Shown here: positions 58,158 through 64,000 of the stretch, piece by piece
How positions within the stretch are numbered: position 1 is the stretch's first letter
Layout of the letters: each line of letters begins with the position of its first letter
NCBI GenBank assembly: GCA_965214095.1
Contig: OZ243938.1
Location: forward strand, 2,784,001 to 2,848,000
Length of the DNA stretch: 64,000 bases
Direction: 5' to 3'
Source: Candidatus Poribacteria bacterium
GTDB taxonomy: Bacteria; Poribacteria; WGA-4E; WGA-3G
The notes under the pieces: model-generated
Database searches by the model: none
Told to the model about the DNA's origin: nothing
The model's input: the letters and a program-made list of their open reading frames with translations, nothing else
Position numbers and translations under genes: made by a program

Positions 58158-61100
58158 GTGTCAAAAATCAAAAATTGTTTTACTTCTGTGTGCCACAACA
58201 AACAAGGGACTAAATTATCAACCGGTTATCGTTGGGCACTATTTCTCATTTTCCAATTGCTTATTGCATTGTTAGTTGTGCAGCCGAATGCCTGGGCAGG
58301 TCTATTGGGTCTCTCCGTAGATGCGAATGGCGATAATGTATTTAACGGTAAAGACGATGGAGAGAAATTAATCATCTCCTTTACAACCAGCGATTTTGGT
58401 GATGCTCCTAATGAACTTGGTCAAGGTGGTCAACAGTATAAATATGCTATCCTTGTGGATCATAATGGAGAGAAAACAATCATCTCCGGTCCTGGTACAG
58501 GTGATACATTATCAAAAAACCAAACTGTACAATATGTATGGGATGGAACCTATCAAAAACCTGACAATCCAGATGAACGACAAATACTACCTGATGGTGA
58601 TTATACAATTACAGTCAAACTTACTGGTACTCCCGCTCTTCCACAAGGTCAAGTATCAGAACTAACTGCCCAAGTAACCTTAGACACCAAAGTTCCAGAA
58701 ATTACTATCAGTATTGATGATGATGCTTTTTCACCTGTCCTGTATTCACTTCCTGTCTACTATGATATAGATGAAGATGTCTCCGAGGCATGGTTGGAAT
58801 TTCAAAGAGCACCAGGAAACGTTAACATTGGCAGACGTGTTCCACTTGCTACCACATCTGGCAGCCACACATATAATTGGGATGGTGAGGATAACAATAG
58901 AAGAGCCTTTTTTGATGGACAATATACTTTAAGAATTCGAGTGAAGGACAGAGGTGGAAATGAAGCAGAATCAGGGAAAACAGGGAATATTACAATTGAC
59001 ACAGAAGAACCCCGTATTACAAGTCTTACACTGAACGATTCAATTGCACTTACAAATGGCAAGTTTGTGAACGCGCCAATTACGACAATCGATTTCACTG
59101 CTGATGACCCTGAAGGCACAGGTGTTAATCTCACGGGACGAGATACAGAAGTCCTAATTAGATTTGTCGGTGGAGGATACCTAAATGGTGCAATGACCTT
59201 TGGGAACAAAGTTACATTTACGCTCGGGGATATTTTAGATGAACTTGATGAAAACGGTGAATATGAAGTTACTGCATTTATCTCCGATAATGTTGGAAAC
59301 CTTGCTTCAAGTCGCGTCCGATTCACATTTGATAACTCTGTTCCCATATTAAAGAGTGTCGCAACACAAAGTGGAGAATTTGCCCCGGGTAGTGGTATTA
59401 GTGGATTGACAAATTATATTGAAGCGACATTAGAAGACAATATTGAACTTAATCTCGCTGATTCAACAATACGGTTAAAAGGACCGAGTGGTAGCGACAT
59501 GCTTGGACAGCAGACGCGACCCGCAGATGATAAAATACGGTGGCAGCTGTTATCTCCCCTATTAGCAAAAGATGGCATACATGACGGTCAGTACACTGTT
59601 GAGGTAGTCGCTTCAGATAAGGCGGGAAACCAAACCACACCCATACAGATTACATTTCTTTTTGACAATCTTGCACCAGAACTTGTATCAATAAGTCCGA
59701 CACGTGATGGTGAACCATTCAACATCTTAGGCGACACTGTGTATTACAATCTCCCCCTAAACCAGTTTGTTGCTACTTTTGATGATGGTGAATTTGGGAC
59801 AGGTGTAATCTTTTCAGAAGCAGACGACATTAGTCGTATTATATTTGGTACACAAAAGACAGACGGTGGTGTTGATACAATATCAGGCAGCGCATTCCCA
59901 GACCCAAATAATAATGTACTTACATACATATTGGATGATCCTCTTCTAAATAGTGATGGAAATCAAGACGGAAGTTATAGACTTAATGTTAAAGCTTCAG
60001 ACCCTCTCGGTAATAATAGAATCTACAGTTTTCATCTTATCTATGACACACAAGTGCCCACGCTTGTTTCTACAGTCCCAGCTGCGAATCAAAGCGTTCA
60101 GGATTTATCGCAAGTTGTTGTGAAACTAAATGAAACAACAAGCGGAATTGATTTCGTTCAAAGTGTCTTTGCACTCAAACGCAATATGGGTGAAAATCAA
60201 GTTGAAGTGCCTGTGAATATTTCAAGTAACGGCACAGATACTGCTACACTTACGCTACTACAACCGATTGCGTTGGATGGATCCGACGATGGCACTTATA
60301 TAATTGAAGTTATACCGACTGACAGAGCAGGAAATCTCGGTTCAGTTGTCCGTCGTGAATTCTATCTGGTCAGTCAGGTACACCCACAAGTCAAATTACT
60401 TACACCTGAGACCGGAACGGTAAATAGTTTAGATGATATAACAGTAGAACTTGTTGGTTATATCGGTTCAGGAATCAATTTTGATGCTTCAACAATCACT
60501 GTGCGAAACGCACTAGGTCAAATAGTTCCACAAGCAGAAGTTACTGCAGATGCTGCCACTAACCAGTTGACATGGAGCACAGAAGCCGCAATTCCAAAGG
60601 GTACAGCAGATGGAAGATACACTATTACAACGTCTTTCCGTGATTATTCTGGTGTTGTAATCGCTCAGACTTTTAATTTGAATCTGGATACCTTATCCCC
60701 TTCAATCACATCTGTCCAGGTTGGCACAGATGCATTGAGTTCACTATCTCTTGATAGTACTATTGATGTTACTGAAGCGTTCTCTCATATCAATATTGAA
60801 TTTGATGCAACCGATGTAGACTTTGAAAACACAGTTGTCACATTAGTAGACCCCGATAGCAATGAGATTGCAGCACGCAAAAGCATTGATGGGGAAACAT
60901 TGTTGACACTTAGTTTCCAAAACCTCGCGAGACTCGGTTCTTACACACTTACAGTCACACCCATAGATAACATCGGAAATGTATCTGACTCACCGTTTAT
61001 CTACAAATTCAATTTAGATATTGCAGTGCCAGTTGTTACATCTGTCTTGATTGACGGTCAAATTGGTGCGATTGTTTATGTCAAGGGTGCTGGAGAAATC

Positions 61101-64000
61101 ATCGCGACGATAGCAGATACGACTGGAATCGGTATAGCAGTTGGACAAGGTGAATCAAACATCGTTGTAACAAGTGAAAGTGGACTTCCTGTGCCTGGAA
61201 TTACGACGGTAAACAGTGAAAACCAACTGGTATGGAGACCATCAGTATTACCCTCTGATGGTAGTGCGGATGGACGCTATACGGTCTTTGTTACTCCTGT
61301 AGATAAAGCAGGTCGTACTGGTGATGTTGTATATCGTGCATTCATATTTGATACACAATCCCCTCAAATAACTGCTGCTGCACCTATAACTTTACATCAA
61401 CCGATTTCTTATGTCGGTGATAGTTTGGAACAGTTTCAATTTTCTGTTGAGGATGTCGGTCCCGCGCTACTTGACCTTGATGATCAAACTATTAGTCTTA
61501 CAAAGGAAAGTGGTGAAATTGTTGCTGGACATACTACACATGATAGCAACAATCAACTTTTCTTCACACTCCCTGCTCCATTGCCCACTGATGGTAGTGC
61601 TGATGGGAAATACACACTTACGGTTGACCTTGTTGACAAAGCGGGTAATCCATATCAAGTTGAGCATACTGTTGTTTACGATTCTCAAGCACCACAGTTG
61701 GCTTCAGTCTCATTGAACACAGAGACACCGTTAGATCTAACACCTTATCAAGTTACAGATCTATCCGGTTCTATCAGCAAAATCACACTGAACTTTATCG
61801 AGATGACAAGGATCGATTTTGATAATACGATTATCACATTAATGGGACCAGATGGTTCAACAATTCCGTTAACACTTGAAAATAACGGAATTGACAAAAT
61901 AACTGCAAACTTTGTTTCTCTAATACAGGGTGGCTTGTATACGCTTTCTGTCACTCCGCAAGACGTTTCTAGTAATGTTGCCCAAGGGGCAGTCCCATAT
62001 CCATTTCGTCTGAAGTTTGAAGTGCCAGGTATAACAACCGTTCATGCAAACTCAGTTTCTGCATCCTATGAACTTGCATCCTATGAGATTATGGATATAT
62101 CTGATGTCATTAACAGTTTCTCACTCAAGTTTACGGACGCAGAACGTATTGACTTTGAAAACACAAGTGTCACACTCACTTCACCTAACGGACAGGATAT
62201 AGCAGTAACCCAAGAGGAGAGCGGTAGCAATCAGTTCTTGGTGCGTTTTATCCCATTAACACAAAGTGGTCTCTATACACTCTCTGTCACACCACAAGAT
62301 ATTGCGGGAAATGTCGTACAAAGTCCAATTCAATATCAGTTTAGACTGGAAATCACGCTCCCCACCGTAGGTTCGGTCCTTATTGATGGTAAACTTGGCA
62401 CAAATATATTGATTAATGATCCTGACACAGAGATAATCGCAATGTTCGCGGATGCAACGGGTGTGGGATTAGCGTTTGGCGATAGTGGTTCAACAATTAC
62501 TGTCAATAGTGAACAAGGATCTGCTGTGTCTGGAATCATCTCATCCAACGGAACGAACCAGGTAACTTGGACTCCCGCGGCACTTCCGACAGATGGCAGT
62601 GCCGATGGACGATATACTGTTACTATCACTCCTGTAGATAAATCTGGACGTACGGGGACAGTTGTCAATCGTCACTTTATTTACGACACACAGGCACCAC
62701 GAATAATCAACGCTACACCAATCATACTTCATCAGCCGATGTCTTATATTGGTAGCAACCTAACATCAATTGAGTTGACAGTTGAAGATGTAGGTCCATC
62801 ATTACTTGAGCTTGATGATCAAACAATCACATTGGACAAAGATGGTGCGGAAGCGGTTGCCGGACAGGTAACGCATGACGGAGTTAACCGGCTTTTCTTC
62901 ACTCCTACTCCATCTCTGTTGACTGATGGAAGTGCAGATGGTGAATACACTCTGACTATAAATCTCATTGATAAAGCAGGGAACACGAATCAAGCTACAC
63001 ACACAATCCATTATGATTCGCAAGTGCCACGTATATCATCAGTCTCTCTGAATACTGAGACACCGATAGACTTAACACCATATCAAGTTACAGATTTATC
63101 TGCGTCTATCAACAAGCTTACAATTAATTTTGTTGAAACAACACTGGTAAACTTTGCAGCTACGGTTATTACACTCACAGGTCCGGGTAATTCATCAATT
63201 CCACTCACAATAGAAAATAATGGTACTGACCAATTAACTGCAAGTTTCGTCTCATTAGAACAGAATGGTATGTACACACTATCTGTCACACCACAAGATA
63301 TTGCTGGAAATGTCGCACAGGGGGCAGTTTCATATCCGTTTAGGTTGAAGTTTGAAATACCAGGATTAGCATCTGTTAAAGCAAATACAGTTGATGCTTC
63401 TTTTGAACTAATTTCTTATGAGATTGTTGAAACTACTGAATCTGTTAGTAGTTTTACCCTTGAGTTTACAGATGGCACACGTATTGACTTAGAAAGTACT
63501 GAAGTAGTCTTGACAGGACCTAACGGTCAACAGATACCCTTGACTTTAACTGAGGACGGTGATGCGAAGTTAGACATACGATTCGTCTCATTAGAACAGA
63601 ATGGTATGTACACACTATCTGTCACACCACAAGATATTGCTGGAAATACGGCGCAGGGAGTTGTGTCATATTCGTTTAGGTTGAACCTTGAGATACCAGG
63701 AGTAGCATCCGTTACAGCAAATTCCGCAGACGATTCTTTACAACTTATTCAACATGCGATAGTTGAGACTTCTGAATTAATTAACAATCTCACACTTGAG
63801 TTTACTGATCCATTACGTGTTGACTTTGAAAATACCAACGTAAGTCTGAGAGGACCAGATGGACAAGAGATCCTAGTCACGCTTGAAGACAACGATAGTT
63901 CTCAGTTGATCGTTCGTTTTGTGCCTCTGGAACAAAGCGGTCTGTATACACTATCTGTCACACTACAAGATAATGCTGGCAACATTGCTCAGAACGCTGT
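58158..64000 (+). CDS. Giant secreted Ig-like repeat protein (>1900 aa; runs off the right edge)
   Basis: GTG after GGGGGA; signal peptide ...PNAWA; FlgD-like 'WDG...DGDY' domains; many 'DGxYT...DxAGN' repeats; the same frame is read at both ends (interior not checked codon by codon). Confidence 0.8.
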   Translation, partial: MSKIKNCFTSVCHNKQGTKLSTGYRWALFLIFQLLIALLVVQPNAWAGLLGLSVDANGDNVFNGKDDGEKLIISFTTSDFGDAPNELGQGGQQYKYAILVDHNGEKTIISGPGTGDTLSKNQTVQYVWDGTYQKPDNPDERQILPDGDYTITVKLTGTPALPQGQVSELTAQVTLDTKVPEITISIDDDAFSPVLYSLPVYYDIDEDVSEAWLEFQRAPGNVNIGRRVPLATTSGSHTYNWDGEDNNRRAFFDGQYTLRIRVKDRGGNEAESGKTGNITIDTEEPRITSLTLNDSIALTNGKFVNAPITTIDFTADDPEGTGVNLTGRDTEVLIRFVGGGYLNGAMTFGNKVTFTLGDILDELDENGEYEVTAFISDNVGNLASSRVRFTFDNSVPILKSVATQSGEFAPGSGISGLTNYIEATLEDNIELNLADSTIRLKGPSGSDMLGQQTRPADDKIRWQLLSPLLAKDGIHDGQYTVEVVASDKAGNQTTPIQITFLFDNLAPELVSISPTRDGEPFNILGDTVYYNLPLNQFVATFDDGEFGTGVIFSEADDISRIIFGTQKTDGGVDTISGSAFPDPNNNVLTYILDDPLLNSDGNQDGSYRLNVKASDPLGNNRIYSFHLIYDTQVPTLVSTVPAANQSVQDLSQVVVKLNETTSGIDFVQSVFALKRNMGENQVEVPVNISSNGTDTATLTLLQPIALDGSDDGTYIIEVIPTDRAGNLGSVVRREFYLVSQVHPQVKLLTPETGTVNSLDDITVELVGYIGSGINFDASTITVRNALGQIVPQAEVTADAATNQLTWSTEAAIPKGTADGRYTITTSFRDYSGVVIAQTFNLNLDTLSPSITSVQVGTDALSSLSLDSTIDVTEAFSHINIEFDATDVDFENTVVTLVDPDSNEIAARKSIDGETLLTLSFQNLARLGSYTLTVTPIDNIGNVSDSPFIYKFNLDIAVPVVTSVLIDGQIGAIVYVKGAGEIIATIADTTGIGIAVGQGESNIVVTSESGLPVPGITTVNSENQLVWRPSVLPSDGSADGRYTVFVTPVDKAGRTGDVVYRAFIFDTQSPQITAAAPITLHQPISYVGDSLEQFQFSVEDVGPALLDLDDQTISLTKESGEIVAGHTTHDSNNQLFFTLPAPLPTDGSADGKYTLTVDLVDKAGNPYQVEHTVVYDSQAPQLASVSLNTETPLDLTPYQVTDLSGSISKITLNFIEMTRIDFDNTIITLMGPDGSTIPLTLENNGIDKITANFVSLIQGGLYTLSVTPQDVSSNVAQGAVPYPFRLKFEVPGITTVHANSVSASYELASYEIMDISDVINSFSLKFTDAERIDFENTSVTLTSPNGQDIAVTQEESGSNQFLVRFIPLTQSGLYTLSVTPQDIAGNVVQSPIQYQFRLEITLPTVGSVLIDGKLGTNILINDPDTEIIAMFADATGVGLAFGDSGSTITVNSEQGSAVSGIISSNGTNQVTWTPAALPTDGSADGRYTVTITPVDKSGRTGTVVNRHFIYDTQAPRIINATPIILHQPMSYIGSNLTSIELTVEDVGPSLLELDDQTITLDKDGAEAVAGQVTHDGVNRLFFTPTPSLLTDGSADGEYTLTINLIDKAGNTNQATHTIHYDSQVPRISSVSLNTETPIDLTPYQVTDLSASINKLTINFVETTLVNFAATVITLTGPGNSSIPLTIENNGTDQLTASFVSLEQNGMYTLSVTPQDIAGNVAQGAVSYPFRLKFEIPGLASVKANTVDASFELISYEIVETTESVSSFTLEFTDGTRIDLESTEVVLTGPNGQQIPLTLTEDGDAKLDIRFVSLEQNGMYTLSVTPQDIAGNTAQGVVSYSFRLNLEIPGVASVTANSADDSLQLIQHAIVETSELINNLTLEFTDPLRVDFENTNVSLRGPDGQEILVTLEDNDSSQLIVRFVPLEQSGLYTLSVTLQDNAGNIAQNA

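Noticed and set aside
63246-63647. Repeat pair as a diversity-generating retroelement TR/VR
   Set aside because: The copies are identical with no adenine-specific differences, and there is no reverse transcriptase in the window

Overview
A 64 kb bacterial chromosomal window, AT-leaning. It is probably from Candidatus Poribacteria or a relative; this is inferred from the C-terminal 'VEPxxKLTTxWGxxK' motif, several PhyH, sulfatase and enolase-family genes, and a giant Ig-repeat protein. Core genes: a six-tRNA cluster upstream of tig-clpP-clpX-lon-(S4 protein)-pdxA and a C25 peptidase, plus purD, ppk2, mnmA, miaA and nnr. Accessory genes: a sulfatase with its anaerobic maturase, dioxygenases, dehydratases, VWA/DUF58/DUF4159/DUF4175-type proteins, an AAA ATPase + DUF4276 pair, and a DUF488-DUF488-(OB-RecQ) operon. 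Intergenic DNA is rich in GTAG-type REP palindromes, MITEs (some nested) and a decayed IS200/IS605 element. The best unannotated signal is at 24014-25849. There, a -24/-12 sigma-54 promoter appears to drive a ~214-nt four-hairpin non-coding RNA with an anti-Shine-Dalgarno-like loop and an intrinsic terminator. Three palindromic enhancer-like sites lie upstream, and a sensor-less sigma-54 activator is divergently encoded, a layout reminiscent of luxO/qrr1. Family assignments come from motif recognition by eye, not database searches.
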